A DNA stretch of 64,000 bases from TPA_inf: Saccharomyces (taxonomy: Eukaryota), in contig BK006938.2 in assembly GCA_000146045.2 (NCBI GenBank), positions 768,001 to 832,000 on the forward strand, written 5' to 3'. The translations under genes and the position numbers were made by a program. The stretch's first letter is position 1. The number at the start of each line of letters is the position of its first letter. Below, piece by piece: positions 11,043 through 23,848 of this stretch. The notes beneath the pieces were generated by a model. That model ran no database searches, was not told the DNA's origin, and worked only from the letters and a program-made list of their open reading frames with translations.

Positions 11043-12206
11043 ATGAGTGAACTTGAAGCCACAATTAGGCAAGCCAAAGAAGCCCTGGCTGAAAATAATG
11101 CCAAAAAGGCGCTCAAAATATTGAAGCCGTTCAAAAGTTCACTGAAAAAAGAAAACGCAAACAATGTAATACTGAATGAAGTGTTTGCCGATGCATACCT
11201 GGATAATGGACAGGTAGAGAAAGCCTACCCAATTTTAGCGCGTGCTTGCGAATTAGATCCTGAGGGACAAGTTGGCGGACCGGACAAATTTTTTACCATG
11301 GGTCAAATCATGGGTGGACAGGATGGTGTATCGATAATAACTCGCGGAATAATGAACATCTCTAATACTGGAGGTGAAATGTTAACCAACGTTCAGGTTG
11401 AAAAGATTGTAGGTGGACTGCTTTCTGTGATTGAAATTTGGATGACGGATTTATGTATGGAGCCAAATGCAGAAGAGCAGTGTGAGGAGTTAATACAAAA
11501 GGCGATGGAACTCACAGAGGGAAAATCTCCTGAAACATGGTCTACCCTGGGTTCTATCAAAATCTCGCAACAAAAATTTGGAGAAGCTTATGAAGCATTC
11601 TCACAAGCCTGGAATTTCTTTGAGTTGAAAAAACAAGAAATTGGTAGCGGTATAAATGAAAATGGTGACACAACTCAGAAAGCTGGTTTACAGTCAGAGT
11701 ATGTAGATCTTTTACAACCTCTTTTATCTTTAACAAAGATGTGCCTCGAAGTGGGAGCTTACGAAGTCGCATTGAAAGTTATTGCCGCAGTAAGAGATAT
11801 AGATGAGGATAACATAGAGGGTTATTATCTAGAGGGTTTTACTTATTATTTAATGAGTAAATTAGAAATTTTCAAGTTGAACAATCCCGAAGTAAGCCTG
11901 CGTCCGGAAAATATATACGAGTTTAACCAACTCATTCAAGAAGTTCCTTTGGATTTATCCCACGAACCAATCTCCCAGTTAATCTATGACTCAAGATTAG
12001 CGCTAAGTTTTGCATTGCAAGCAGGTGTCAATGCTGACAGCAAAGATGAAATTGTGCAAGAATTATTGGGCGGTGCTAATGCTTTACTCCAAGAAATTGG
12101 TGGTCCTCTAGATCCAAGTGAGTTAACACAAATCAAGAAGGGTGATTTAGTGAATGAGAATGAAGACTTGGAAGAGTTGGACATAGAGGAAGAATATTCT
12201 GACTAA
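11043..12206 (+). CDS. ACL4: TPR-like assembly chaperone for ribosomal protein L4, 387 aa
   Basis: A 387-aa ORF beginning [33 protein letters not shown]. It is helical and TPR-like with an acidic C-terminus ([16 protein letters not shown]). It matches YDR161W by recall, so the symbol is memory-based. Confidence 0.72.
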
Positions 12207-12389
12207 TAGTCTTCTAATTTAACATATGCATAAGTACATACACTGATATATATGTATATATCCGTAAGAAACGGAAATTATGACATAGAACAGATGGAAG
12301 AAGATTCGGCCAGGCATACCGCCAGGGTGGTGACCTCTTTATCTGTTTTTAGTGAGTATTTTACTGTCATAACCAATTGGAATTTGTAT

Positions 12390-13100
12390 TCAATCCGATA
12401 TATCTAATTTTGTTTTCATATCTGCTTCGACCTCCGCAACATCATCAATATCTTCCCATTCATCGTTGTCGTCGTATTCATCTTCGTTAGTGTTATCAAT
12501 ATTGTTTTTAGGACTAACGCTCTGTGTAATCAAATGTGTCAAATAGAAAGGTCGAGCCTTATTCTCCACCTCGTTCTCACCATCTTCCGGCTGTATATAA
12601 GAGACAAACTCCTCCGGTACCAACCCTGTTTTTGATCCTGACTCATTTTCTGCTACTAGCCAACCTTGCCCATGCTTGTAACTGATAAATACGATGTCAC
12701 CCTCAGCCAATCTCAATTCATTATCATTTTCGGGTTCGAAATCGTAGAGGGCAACAGCACGTTGGTTAACTATGTAGTCGTCTGGTAGTGTTATACTTTG
12801 TCTTTTATTGTATGTGTCTTCTCCATTTGAAGAATCTGAAACCATTTCATCCTCCTCATTGTCTCCATCAAAATAACCATAATGGAGAGGATTCGAATCT
12901 GCGTACGCATAATCTTTGATTGATATATAACCTATTGTGGTTGTTTCTGTATCTTCCATTGTGTCACTATTTCCTGCCTGCACTGCCTCCACCTCTCTCC
13001 CGTTCTGTAATACTGCCTCATTGAGAACACCTATAGTTTTTTTGAGACCAGATTTCAAAATATTGGTATCTTTTTGTGTGGTCGTTTCCATCGTTGCCAT
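12390..13100 (-). CDS. NBP2: SH3-domain adaptor protein, 236 aa
   Basis: A clear SH3 domain: ALYDFEPENDNELRLAEGDIVFISYKHGQGWLVAENESGSKTGLVPEEFVSYI. Both termini are acidic. The length matches Nbp2 (YDR162C). Confidence 0.8.
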   Translation of the reverse strand: MATMETTTQKDTNILKSGLKKTIGVLNEAVLQNGREVEAVQAGNSDTMEDTETTTIGYISIKDYAYADSNPLHYGYFDGDNEEDEMVSDSSNGEDTYNKRQSITLPDDYIVNQRAVALYDFEPENDNELRLAEGDIVFISYKHGQGWLVAENESGSKTGLVPEEFVSYIQPEDGENEVENKARPFYLTHLITQSVSPKNNIDNTNEDEYDDNDEWEDIDDVAEVEADMKTKLDISD

Positions 13101-13422
13101 CGTAGATTCAATAAATATGTCAGTGGAAGTTAAAGTAAGGTAAAGTTGAGAAAAATACTTAAAATTTGTTAGTATCTATCACGTTTTATTGGTAGCTGTT
13201 ATTATGTGTGATTGAGCGTGTTGTTACTGTGCACTGTGTTGCATTGTCCATTACAAGCTACTTCTGAAGTGAATTCTCCATTTCTCGCAACTGGAAAAAT
13301 AAGTTGGTGTGACTAAAAATAATAGTCTATCTCTTCACGAAAAGGAAATAGGAATGACAAAGCTCCAAAAGGCTCCATAAAGAACTTGCTCAGAGGCTGG
13401 CATTTGAAAGGGCTACAAGACC

Positions 13423-13950
13423 ATGACCACATCACACAGACCACAGTTAGAAGCAAGAAGCGGTGCAAAAGCGGCCGCTTATACACCAACAGGCATCGAG
13501 CATGCCAGATTACTACCAGGACATACAACATTAAAATACAGGAAATTTAAAGAGGAGGAAAATCTTAGAGCAAACTGTGCGCAAGAAGATAGGAGCAACG
13601 ATAAATCTTTAGAGGAGGCAGTAATGAACGAAGAGAAACAGGATGTTGTGGGGAGTGGGAACCTCCAAGAAACCCGCAGTGAGAAAGACCAAAAAGACTC
13701 GTTGCAAGAGCTGCTGGTTACTCAAAAAAATAAAGTGGAAGATAAAGCAGAGCTTGAAGGAAATGAACAATTAAAGGGAGGAAATTCGTCTAGGCGATCG
13801 TGGAGAAAGGGCACGGCGTTTGGACGCCATAAAGTAACCAAAGAGACAAATATTAAGGAACATGCAACAAAAAAATCAGCGTCCGGATACATTAACGATA
13901 TGACAAAATCTGAATATCATCAAGAATTTCTCCATAAGCATGTTAGATAG
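13423..13950 (+). CDS. CWC15: Cwc15/Cwf15-family spliceosome-associated protein, 175 aa
   Basis: A 175-aa highly charged protein beginning MTTSHRPQLEARSGAKAAAYTPTGIEHARLLPGHTTLKYRKFKEEENLRAN. This N-terminus is conserved in the Cwc15/AD002 family. It matches YDR163W. Confidence 0.75.
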   Translation: MTTSHRPQLEARSGAKAAAYTPTGIEHARLLPGHTTLKYRKFKEEENLRANCAQEDRSNDKSLEEAVMNEEKQDVVGSGNLQETRSEKDQKDSLQELLVTQKNKVEDKAELEGNEQLKGGNSSRRSWRKGTAFGRHKVTKETNIKEHATKKSASGYINDMTKSEYHQEFLHKHVR

Positions 13951-14040
13951 TACATAGGAACGATACATAAATAGTACGTTTATATCTTTTTTTTTTGACA
14001 AGAGCAAGTGATTTTTTTTATCACTGTCTTCTTTAAGGGA

Positions 14041-16215
14041 TCATTTATCATGGTGAGATTTTCTTTTCAAGAACCTCGAGAATTTGCTACGTTTCTTCTC
14101 TTTTTCGGGTGGTTCTGACTTGAGAGAACCTGCTGCTTTGGGACTAGAAGTACCAGACTTAGGACTATTGTCTTGGCTTTTTAAATGAACATGAGAGACT
14201 GGTTGTGCCACCGGTTTCATTTCCCTTAGAAGGAAATCAGGCGGGTTTACTTGCTGGCGCTGATCTTCCTTGAATTTGAAAAATTCTCTAGGATTTTGTA
14301 AACGTTCCACTTCATCTAAGAATTTTGTTGGTGTTAATATCTCGTCGCTGCCAATAAAGATATCTCTGTTCTTCAAGTTTGATTGATCATAAGCAGCTTT
14401 AATTTCGGGAATTGATATACCACCAATAACATAGTAGAAGAATCTTTGTCTAGGTATGTTTTTTTTTATATTAGAGCTTTTCGTGGTCCAAGCTGCCTTG
14501 TGACGGGGATTCCTTAAGGATGAGGAGGAGTTAGCAGAGGTATTCGCTAAGCCTGCTTGGAATTCTTCTTCATTCAATAACTCAATTGGCTTGTCCTTTA
14601 AATATGGGAAGTATTGTTCGCTCAATAACAATGGATTCGCTATAACCTTTGAAAGAATATTCCCTACAGCGGGAACGAACCTTGAAGTGTGATAGATATT
14701 TGGATCATTCACTAAAGTATCATGAAACCATTCCTTTTGAAATGGTTTATCCTTCGGTTTGTCTTTGATCAATTTGAAATCAATTAAATCGTAATTTCTG
14801 AATATTTTTAAATATTGCTGGAAATTTTCATGTTCATGAGTAACTCCTATAAAGTTCAATAATTTAATGAAGTCTAACTCGATAATTCCACCTCTGAAAA
14901 GAGCATACGCAATAATGTAACGCAATTTATCTAAGATTGTCGGTTCCTTCATTGCTAACGCTGGTAAGAGATCATCGATAATATGCTTTATCTTCTCACC
15001 ACTAAAATCCATTCCAAATCCGGATAGGTTTTGTTCAATAGCAGAAATATCCGCTAATTTTCTTTCCGCGTTCTCTCCTAGGCATTCATCTACCAGTGTC
15101 TTATGCAAAATCAGCCTTCTTCTTTCTTCATCAAAATCTTTCAGGTGCGCTACGACACTCAGCAGATCGGTAGTATTCTTTACGTTCGATCTATCAACCA
15201 GCAGAGGGTTTTTAGCAATCAGTTCCTTGATTCTTCCTTGAATATATTCGTTGGCATCCATAATATGCTGATGTTTCAAATCAATCCAGTCAGGATCATA
15301 CAAATCTACCAATTTTGAAACCTTTTCCTCTTGCTCACCAGCTTCATTCTCGGCAGAATAATGATATATATCTTTTTGTGTGTCCACATTAGCTACCAGG
15401 TCATAAGCCATTGCTTGATAGCTAAAATCATGTAATATTGGCGCAAAAGGGTCCAGTGTTCTATCGGTGATTATTAGAATGGAACGCGGTCTTTCAGTGT
15501 TTTGAGGAGGGAAATCTGGATTATTGCGAGCGTATGTATCTATCGCTATTTGGAAAGCGTTTGCAATAGACCTTGTTAAAGAATTTGCGTTGACTACGGC
15601 GTTTCCATTGCGGGCATCTTCCTCTTCCACAGGATTAGATACAGAATATCTAACAATCGGATATTCCCCCGTAATAACACACAAACTAACTAGTGAGCCT
15701 ACAATCTTCCTCACGTTAGTAGGAATCAAAGCCTTACAGTTGTTGTTGAAAAAAACCTGTAATGAGTGTTCCATTTGTAAAGTTTCGAAGAATTGAGATT
15801 CTTTGACGAAAAACCCTAGTTCGATCGGCTTAAATGACTCCAAATTTTGAGCAATGTAACGTTTTGATTGAAAAAACTGAAATATAGGGTTTGTTAATCC
15901 TGGTAAAAATCTGATGTGACATCTTCTGTACTTAGGTGGTCTTACCATGAAGTCAGCATCGATACAATTGATGTTATATTTCGTTGGTTCCAATATGTAA
16001 ATTGCCTCGATGGAGGATTGTCCTTTTCTTGTTGGGGAATCAATCAAATCAACAGATGTGACATTATTTAAAAGTTCTTGGGGTGTGAGGAAAAGATAAC
16101 TCAATATTGTCTCCACAGTTTTATCGATAATAAGAAACTTCAAGTTATTTTTCGTCTCAATCTGATTCAAAACCCCTATCAAATAGTTCCTCTGTAATTC
16201 AATTAAATCAGACAT
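14041..16215 (-). CDS. SEC1: Sec1/Munc18-family SNARE-binding protein, 724 aa
   Basis: It begins MSDLIELQRNYLIGVLNQIETKNNLKFLIIDKTVETILSYLF, which has SM-family N-terminal architecture. The length of 724 aa matches yeast Sec1. Confidence 0.9.
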   Translation of the reverse strand: MSDLIELQRNYLIGVLNQIETKNNLKFLIIDKTVETILSYLFLTPQELLNNVTSVDLIDSPTRKGQSSIEAIYILEPTKYNINCIDADFMVRPPKYRRCHIRFLPGLTNPIFQFFQSKRYIAQNLESFKPIELGFFVKESQFFETLQMEHSLQVFFNNNCKALIPTNVRKIVGSLVSLCVITGEYPIVRYSVSNPVEEEDARNGNAVVNANSLTRSIANAFQIAIDTYARNNPDFPPQNTERPRSILIITDRTLDPFAPILHDFSYQAMAYDLVANVDTQKDIYHYSAENEAGEQEEKVSKLVDLYDPDWIDLKHQHIMDANEYIQGRIKELIAKNPLLVDRSNVKNTTDLLSVVAHLKDFDEERRRLILHKTLVDECLGENAERKLADISAIEQNLSGFGMDFSGEKIKHIIDDLLPALAMKEPTILDKLRYIIAYALFRGGIIELDFIKLLNFIGVTHEHENFQQYLKIFRNYDLIDFKLIKDKPKDKPFQKEWFHDTLVNDPNIYHTSRFVPAVGNILSKVIANPLLLSEQYFPYLKDKPIELLNEEEFQAGLANTSANSSSSLRNPRHKAAWTTKSSNIKKNIPRQRFFYYVIGGISIPEIKAAYDQSNLKNRDIFIGSDEILTPTKFLDEVERLQNPREFFKFKEDQRQQVNPPDFLLREMKPVAQPVSHVHLKSQDNSPKSGTSSPKAAGSLKSEPPEKEKKRSKFSRFLKRKSHHDK

Positions 16216-16870
16216 CGTTCCGCCAAACCAAGCATGTGCACACTCTTCTACTTTGTCAGTGGATTCTAATTATTTTCAAGGTCTTACAAAGCAATGTCTT
16301 ACTAGTTTCAATAGGGACTTAAACTGATCGTTTAAGCAAAAGAAAAACACCGTGCTGTGTGACCATCTACCAATAATTGCGAGAACATAAGACGACGCCG
16401 CCATTCACCTCTCTATCACTTACACCATGTTATAGGGATAAGTGTGTAGTCGATCGGCTATTCGATGATTTTTAAAGAGTGCCTGTAATAATAGCTGTAT
16501 CGCAAGTAAGGAATACAAGATTACTGATATTTTGATCCAGGAGGATGGACATGTTAGATAGAAAAACTAAGAGGGCTACTACATCCGGTTTAGTATTCTG
16601 TTATTGGGAATGCTTTTCCCAAGACGCAAGCAAGAGGTGACACATAAACATAGTTTTCTTATTGTATCGTTACATATTCTTATTTTACGCTGCTGTCATT
16701 AAATATGGCACTTATCTCAGATACATTTCTTTTAATCAGCGAAAAAAATGGCGAGGTGAAAAAAATCGATGAGATGAAAAAATTTTTTACTAGTAAAGGC
16801 GTATTGATGATATATTAGCAGCTAAAGTATAGCAAGGTTTGTCAATTTGAAGCAGTCCGCGTGTTTTACA

Positions 16871-18205
16871 ATGAGCGTCATTCATCCTTTGCAGAATTTA
16901 CTCACCTCTCGTGATGGCTCATTAGTTTTCGCCATCATTAAGAATTGTATCTTAAGCTTCAAATATCAATCGCCAAATCATTGGGAATTTGCTGGAAAAT
17001 GGTCTGATGATTTCGACAAAATTCAAGAATCGAGAAACACCACTGCTAAGGAGCAACAAGGACAATCCAGCGAAAACGAAAACGAGAACAAAAAATTGAA
17101 AAGTAATAAAGGCGATTCCATTAAAAGGACAGCAGCCAAGGTACCATCTCCAGGTCTTGGCGCCCCACCGATATATTCGTACATAAGAAATCTGAGATTA
17201 ACTTCGGATGAATCAAGACTAATTGCGTGCGCAGATTCTGACAAGTCCCTCCTAGTTTTCGATGTCGACAAAACTTCCAAAAATGTCTTAAAGTTGAGAA
17301 AAAGGTTCTGCTTCTCAAAGAGACCGAATGCTATTTCTATAGCCGAAGATGATACTACAGTCATAATAGCTGACAAATTTGGTGATGTATATTCTATTGA
17401 TATTAATTCTATCCCGGAAGAAAAGTTTACTCAAGAACCTATTCTCGGTCATGTCTCTATGTTGACTGATGTACACTTGATTAAAGACTCTGACGGTCAT
17501 CAATTCATAATTACAAGTGATAGAGATGAGCATATTAAAATTTCGCATTATCCCCAATGTTTCATTGTGGACAAATGGCTCTTTGGTCATAAGCATTTTG
17601 TTTCTTCCATATGCTGTGGCAAAGACTATTTATTATTAAGTGCAGGTGGTGACGATAAAATCTTCGCTTGGGATTGGAAAACTGGTAAGAACTTGTCTAC
17701 CTTCGATTATAATAGTTTGATTAAACCTTATTTGAATGATCAGCATTTAGCACCACCAAGATTTCAAAATGAAAATAATGATATTATTGAATTTGCAGTT
17801 AGTAAAATTATAAAGTCAAAGAACCTACCGTTTGTTGCGTTTTTCGTCGAAGCTACAAAATGCATAATAATTCTGGAAATGTCCGAAAAACAAAAAGGGG
17901 ATCTTGCACTAAAGCAAATTATAACTTTTCCATATAATGTTATCTCATTATCCGCCCATAATGATGAATTCCAAGTCACCCTAGATAATAAGGAATCATC
18001 TGGTGTGCAAAAAAATTTTGCCAAATTCATTGAATATAACTTAAATGAGAATAGTTTTGTCGTGAATAATGAAAAATCAAACGAATTTGACAGTGCCATC
18101 ATACAATCAGTACAAGGGGATTCTAACTTGGTGACCAAGAAAGAAGAAATTTACCCGTTATACAATGTTTCCTCGTTAAGAAAACATGGAGAACATTACT
18201 CGTGA
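16871..18205 (+). CDS. TRM82: WD40-repeat subunit of tRNA m7G46 methyltransferase, 444 aa
   Basis: The ORF track entry starts at TTG at 16847; the first ATG at 16871 gives [18 protein letters not shown]-repeat-like segments are present ([17 protein letters not shown]). The length matches Trm82 (YDR165W). Confidence 0.78.
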   Translation: MSVIHPLQNLLTSRDGSLVFAIIKNCILSFKYQSPNHWEFAGKWSDDFDKIQESRNTTAKEQQGQSSENENENKKLKSNKGDSIKRTAAKVPSPGLGAPPIYSYIRNLRLTSDESRLIACADSDKSLLVFDVDKTSKNVLKLRKRFCFSKRPNAISIAEDDTTVIIADKFGDVYSIDINSIPEEKFTQEPILGHVSMLTDVHLIKDSDGHQFIITSDRDEHIKISHYPQCFIVDKWLFGHKHFVSSICCGKDYLLLSAGGDDKIFAWDWKTGKNLSTFDYNSLIKPYLNDQHLAPPRFQNENNDIIEFAVSKIIKSKNLPFVAFFVEATKCIIILEMSEKQKGDLALKQIITFPYNVISLSAHNDEFQVTLDNKESSGVQKNFAKFIEYNLNENSFVVNNEKSNEFDSAIIQSVQGDSNLVTKKEEIYPLYNVSSLRKHGEHYS

Positions 18206-18305
18206 AATAAAAAGGTAGTAAGTACATCTTTATAACTAATATAAAAAAAGATACGTACCGATTTGTGTTAATAATCATTGTTAGTACATCTTTATACCTC
18301 TGTTT

Positions 18306-21221
18306 CTAGCTGAAGGCGGCGAATTGAATAGCAGTTCTTTTTAAATTGGCAGATACAATAGGATTAATCTCATTGATACATTTTTGTAGTCTATTTGTGT
18401 CGTTCTGGAAACAGTTTTGTAAGCACGCCCTTAATGTGGCCTCGGTGTCCTTTTCAAGTAAAGGACCCATAACCTTCTGAAAGAATTCCAAATCCACTAT
18501 AATTTGTAATGAGCCATCATTAGAAAGATTACCAACATAAGGCTTAAATGCCTCAAAGAGGTATCTGGCTATAAAAATCTGCGTTTCAATTAAAATCTTA
18601 TGGATGAGCTGAGGCCCAATTCTAAAGCACTCACTGTGAACCACGATCAGAATCATTAACGCTTCTATAATATAGTCACCAACCCTGAATGAATTTGATG
18701 TATACATGGGCCAATTTATTTCGTGGAATTTTTCTTCAAGAGTATCCCTTAAGTTGATCTTTAAGTCAGAAAGATAGTTACCGAAAATTGAAGATTCCAT
18801 CTTAGATAGTAGGCTAAATAATTCTAAGTTTTTGGAAGCCAAATTCCACTCGAATGCGTCATCAAAATACTGCAAAATATTTGGGAATGCACATTCTCTA
18901 AAATATTGTAGATTTGTTAATGTTAAGATGGTATGAGAATTTCTTGGGTTGTCCTTATCCTTTGCCGCATTTTTTAAGATCGCTTCCAATACAGCTTCCA
19001 TCGATATAATCTGTTGAATTTCTATACCTGTGAGCAGTTGTTTTGACGGATAACTTACTACTGAAATTCCGTTAATGATTGGTAATTTTTCATATGCGAA
19101 TAATAGATCTCTAGTAGTTTTGATACTCACTTCTTGAAACGAGGTGACAATTTCCGGAAATTGTGTCACACCATATTCGAAAGTTAGATTTTTACTACTG
19201 TCCTGTGATTTGCTTGAAAATGTAACCGTTTCATAGACCTGCCAGTTCTCCAGTTGATAAAAGTTAGATATATCTCTTAATTTCGTGGAAGATATGGCAC
19301 CTACGCAACGATTGATTATAGTTGATAGAGTGTTCCTGCAAATGGTGATTCCGTTAGTTGTGATATTTAATTGCGCTAACTCGGTAGAGAATTTCAAAAT
19401 GGGCTCCACAATTTTCGGTAGATATCTTAAACAACTCAATCCATTACAATTAGGAGGTATAAATCCATAATCCAAAGGTGACCCCGAATCTTTATTACTG
19501 CGGGTAATATCTCCAGTAGAATCCTTCAATGATGATGGTAGAGATGATTGAGAAGATGTGAAAAATGATATTAAATTTTGTGAGACTGAAGTGATGAATT
19601 CCTCGCCCTTTAACCTAACCTCGTTAATCTGTTCTTCCTTCAAGATCAAGCTTTTTTGGTATGATTCAATAATATTAGAATCACCGATCAAAATGTTTTC
19701 TTTTCTTTTTTCATTTATAATGGAATTTTGGTAAGTCCCATCGAGGAACTTTTCAATGTGTTCCCAGAATTCTATAAATTGATCACAAATTTTCCACAGG
19801 TCGTTAATATATTTTAAGATTAATAGCCACATTTCAATGATAGTTGGGGAATCAGTTAGTCCTTGAGAGCTGGGTTGGCAATTCAAATTTAGATAGCTGG
19901 TTCCAGAAATGGTGTTAACTTTATTGGGTTCAACGGTACTTTTCAAACCTTCACTATCCTTGCCCGTATCACTTATTATTTGGAATAATTGATTGATTTT
20001 CAAATAATACGACAGCTCCACGCACCCTTGACTTTTATCTTGATTAGTATTGTTTTGTAATATAAGCCTTTGAGAATGAATGATTTTACTAATCATATGG
20101 CCAGACAACTCGTTCAGTTCATTCTGAAAGCCATTCATTTTGATGGACATCCATCTTAGGATTGGATTTTCATTGGATGATGAAGTTGTGTTCTTGTTAC
20201 CACTTTCACTTTCTCTTTGATTATTATTGATAAAGTTTTCTAAGTTCAACAATTTTGAAAAGAGGGACAAAATTGTTTCTTGGGGTTGGTCAATGTTAAA
20301 ATTTGAATTTATTAAACTGTTCCAAATCAGATCTTTATACGTGACTAATAAATTTTCTATTTGAGTCCAAATTCTTTTTATAACAAGAGATTGTGAAGCA
20401 TCTGAACTCTGGTTGAAACGGCGACGGAGCGTAAGACCTTTTGAATATTCGATAATGAACTCATTGAAATCGTTGTTAGTCAAACATCTCTTTAAAGATT
20501 TGGGTAGGTTGAAGTAAAACTTATTCAATTCAATAAATTTTTTGGTGGCCTGGTAATTCAAAATTTTCTGATAGTTATCCATTAGCGGTTTCAGTTTGAA
20601 AGTTGTTGTTCTAATAACCTCGTCGACCTTTTTATTTAAGCTTTCCACATTTATTTGATTTTCTTTTGGTGAATCACATTGGTTTTTTTCATTCGTTTTC
20701 TCGTCAAATTCTTTGTAAATTTGGTCTAACTTGTTTTTAATCTTAACATACTTGGTGAAATTTTTACCAACCAATTGTTTCAAATGTATAGATTGGTCTT
20801 GTATATCACTGTCCAACCTGTCCAGTGAGTTATTTAGATCATTGAAAGAGTCTTGTTTGTGCATATCTCTCAGAAAGGCTTTGACGTTGAATTGTTTACT
20901 GTTGACAAGATAGTTCAACCGCATTGAATCATTTGGTAGATGTTGCAATTCTTTAGACATTTCTTGTCCATTCAAGGGATCTCTAATATAACTTAACGAC
21001 TCATCGTTTAAATATGCTCTCGATTCCTTGTCAATGCTAATTTGATTGCCATATTTGAAGTCTTTTAATATGTCGAATGACGTTTCAACGCCAAGTTCAT
21101 TGCTTGTAGCCTCTTCATTATTCAATTTTGAGGAATCTTGGGCCCAGGAATGGGTCGGATTAATAGTCTTCAACTGATAAAAACGAAGTAGTTGCTCGTC
21201 GCCAATTTGAAACCTATCCAT
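18306..21221 (-). CDS. SEC5: Exocyst complex subunit, 971 aa
   Basis: A 971-aa ORF beginning [37 protein letters not shown]. It is a long helical-bundle protein. The length, start and synteny match Sec5 (YDR166C). Confidence 0.85.
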
Positions 21222-21448
21222 GGTACCAAACTTTTTTTCGCTACTTTATTTCAACAGAAACTTCTTTCCTAGTTTAGCAGCTTTAACGCAGCTTATTTTT
21301 GTTACTTTAGTTGAATAGTAGGAGTTGATACTTTTGTTTTTTCAAGTTGAAAACAGAAACGAAAAATTAAAGAAGCTGCAGATTCAGCATTCATGCCTAA
21401 GCTAAAAAGAACTGGCAGCGAAGAACAGAGGAAAGAATAACTGAAACT

Positions 21449-22069
21449 ATGGATTTTGAGGAAGATTACGATGCGGAGTTTGATGATAATCAAGAAGGAC
21501 AATTAGAAACACCTTTTCCATCGGTTGCGGGAGCCGATGATGGGGACAATGATAATGATGACTCTGTCGCAGAAAACATGAAGAAGAAGCAAAAGAGAGA
21601 GGCTGTAGTGGATGATGGGAGTGAAAATGCATTTGGTATACCCGAATTTACAAGAAAAGATAAGACTCTGGAGGAGATTCTAGAGATGATGGACAGTACT
21701 CCTCCTATCATTCCCGATGCAGTAATAGACTACTATTTAACCAAAAACGGGTTTAACGTAGCAGATGTACGAGTGAAACGACTTTTAGCACTTGCTACTC
21801 AGAAATTTGTTAGTGATATAGCTAAGGATGCCTACGAATATTCCAGGATCAGGTCTTCCGTAGCGGTATCTAATGCTAACAACAGTCAGGCGAGAGCTAG
21901 GCAGCTATTGCAAGGACAGCAACAGCCTGGCGTGCAGCAGATTTCACAACAACAACATCAACAGAATGAGAAGACTACAGCAAGCAAAGTTGTTCTGACG
22001 GTGAACGATCTCAGTAGCGCTGTTGCTGAATACGGGCTCAATATAGGTCGCCCAGACTTTTATCGTTAG
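21449..22069 (+). CDS. TAF10: TFIID/SAGA subunit TAF10 (histone-fold), 206 aa
   Basis: An acidic N-terminus ([17 protein letters not shown]) followed by a C-terminal histone-fold region ([50 protein letters not shown]), which is characteristic of TAF10. Confidence 0.87.
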
Positions 22070-22327
22070 TGGCTAACAAATGGAAATGAAATATGTATAT
22101 AGTGTAGCAGTATGCAACTCTTTTAAATACACGATTCGTTATTAGATTGATTAGAGCACTTATTCACGCAAATTTGACACGCTTTTTGAACATCCGTTTT
22201 TCACGATTTTTTACTGAAGGATCATGAAAGATTGCCACATAAGAGAACACCTCCGTTGCACCAACACTTCATCACGATAAAAAAACTATCGAGCTATCGT
22301 ACTACGGAACAACTACATAAGTCAAAA

Positions 22328-23848
22328 ATGGCCATTGATTACTCTAAGTGGGATAAAATTGAACTATCAGATGATTCTGATGTCGAGGTGCATCCTAATG
22401 TGGACAAGAAATCGTTCATTAAATGGAAACAACAGAGTATCCATGAACAGCGATTCAAAAGGAACCAAGATATCAAAAATTTGGAGACACAAGTGGATAT
22501 GTATTCTCATTTGAACAAACGAGTGGACAGAATTTTGAGTAATTTACCTGAAAGTTCTCTTACTGATTTGCCAGCCGTTACCAAATTCTTGAATGCAAAT
22601 TTTGATAAGATGGAGAAAAGTAAAGGGGAAAATGTTGATCCTGAGATTGCAACATACAATGAAATGGTTGAAGATCTTTTTGAACAATTAGCAAAAGATT
22701 TAGACAAAGAGGGCAAAGACTCGAAGAGCCCATCTCTCATAAGGGATGCTATTTTGAAACATAGGGCTAAGATCGATTCAGTAACTGTAGAGGCTAAGAA
22801 GAAATTAGATGAATTATACAAGGAGAAAAATGCACACATTTCATCTGAAGACATTCATACAGGCTTTGATAGTAGCTTTATGAACAAGCAAAAGGGGGGG
22901 GCTAAGCCACTGGAAGCAACTCCTTCAGAAGCTCTTTCGAGCGCTGCAGAGTCTAATATTCTTAATAAACTAGCAAAATCATCAGTTCCGCAAACTTTCA
23001 TCGATTTTAAAGATGATCCTATGAAACTGGCCAAGGAAACTGAAGAATTCGGTAAAATATCCATTAATGAGTACTCAAAATCTCAGAAATTCTTACTGGA
23101 GCACTTACCTATTATTTCAGAACAACAAAAGGACGCCTTAATGATGAAGGCCTTTGAGTATCAGTTACATGGTGACGATAAGATGACTTTGCAAGTCATT
23201 CATCAATCCGAATTGATGGCCTACATTAAGGAAATCTACGACATGAAGAAAATTCCATATTTAAATCCAATGGAACTATCAAATGTCATTAATATGTTTT
23301 TCGAGAAGGTTATCTTCAACAAGGACAAGCCAATGGGTAAAGAGTCTTTTTTGAGATCAGTTCAAGAAAAATTTTTGCACATTCAAAAACGTTCCAAAAT
23401 TTTACAACAAGAGGAAATGGATGAATCGAATGCTGAAGGAGTAGAGACGATTCAATTGAAATCTCTAGATGATTCTACAGAATTAGAAGTAAACTTGCCA
23501 GACTTCAATTCTAAAGATCCAGAAGAGATGAAAAAGGTTAAAGTTTTCAAAACTTTAATACCGGAAAAAATGCAAGAAGCCATAATGACCAAAAATTTGG
23601 ATAATATTAATAAAGTCTTTGAAGATATACCAATTGAAGAGGCTGAGAAACTTTTGGAAGTGTTTAATGACATTGACATTATTGGAATAAAAGCGATCTT
23701 AGAAAACGAGAAAGACTTTCAAAGTTTGAAAGATCAATACGAACAGGACCATGAAGACGCCACTATGGAGAATCTGTCCTTAAACGACCGTGATGGTGGC
23801 GGAGATAACCATGAAGAGGTCAAACATACTGCCGACACTGTTGACTAG
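22328..23848 (+). CDS. CDC37: Hsp90 kinase-specific co-chaperone, 506 aa
   Basis: The ORF track entry starts at TTG at 22232; the first ATG at 22328 gives MAIDYSKWDKIELSDDSDVEVHPNVDKKSFIKWKQQSIHEQR, the conserved Cdc37 N-terminus. The trimmed length of 506 aa matches. Confidence 0.9.
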   Translation: MAIDYSKWDKIELSDDSDVEVHPNVDKKSFIKWKQQSIHEQRFKRNQDIKNLETQVDMYSHLNKRVDRILSNLPESSLTDLPAVTKFLNANFDKMEKSKGENVDPEIATYNEMVEDLFEQLAKDLDKEGKDSKSPSLIRDAILKHRAKIDSVTVEAKKKLDELYKEKNAHISSEDIHTGFDSSFMNKQKGGAKPLEATPSEALSSAAESNILNKLAKSSVPQTFIDFKDDPMKLAKETEEFGKISINEYSKSQKFLLEHLPIISEQQKDALMMKAFEYQLHGDDKMTLQVIHQSELMAYIKEIYDMKKIPYLNPMELSNVINMFFEKVIFNKDKPMGKESFLRSVQEKFLHIQKRSKILQQEEMDESNAEGVETIQLKSLDDSTELEVNLPDFNSKDPEEMKKVKVFKTLIPEKMQEAIMTKNLDNINKVFEDIPIEEAEKLLEVFNDIDIIGIKAILENEKDFQSLKDQYEQDHEDATMENLSLNDRDGGGDNHEEVKHTADTVD

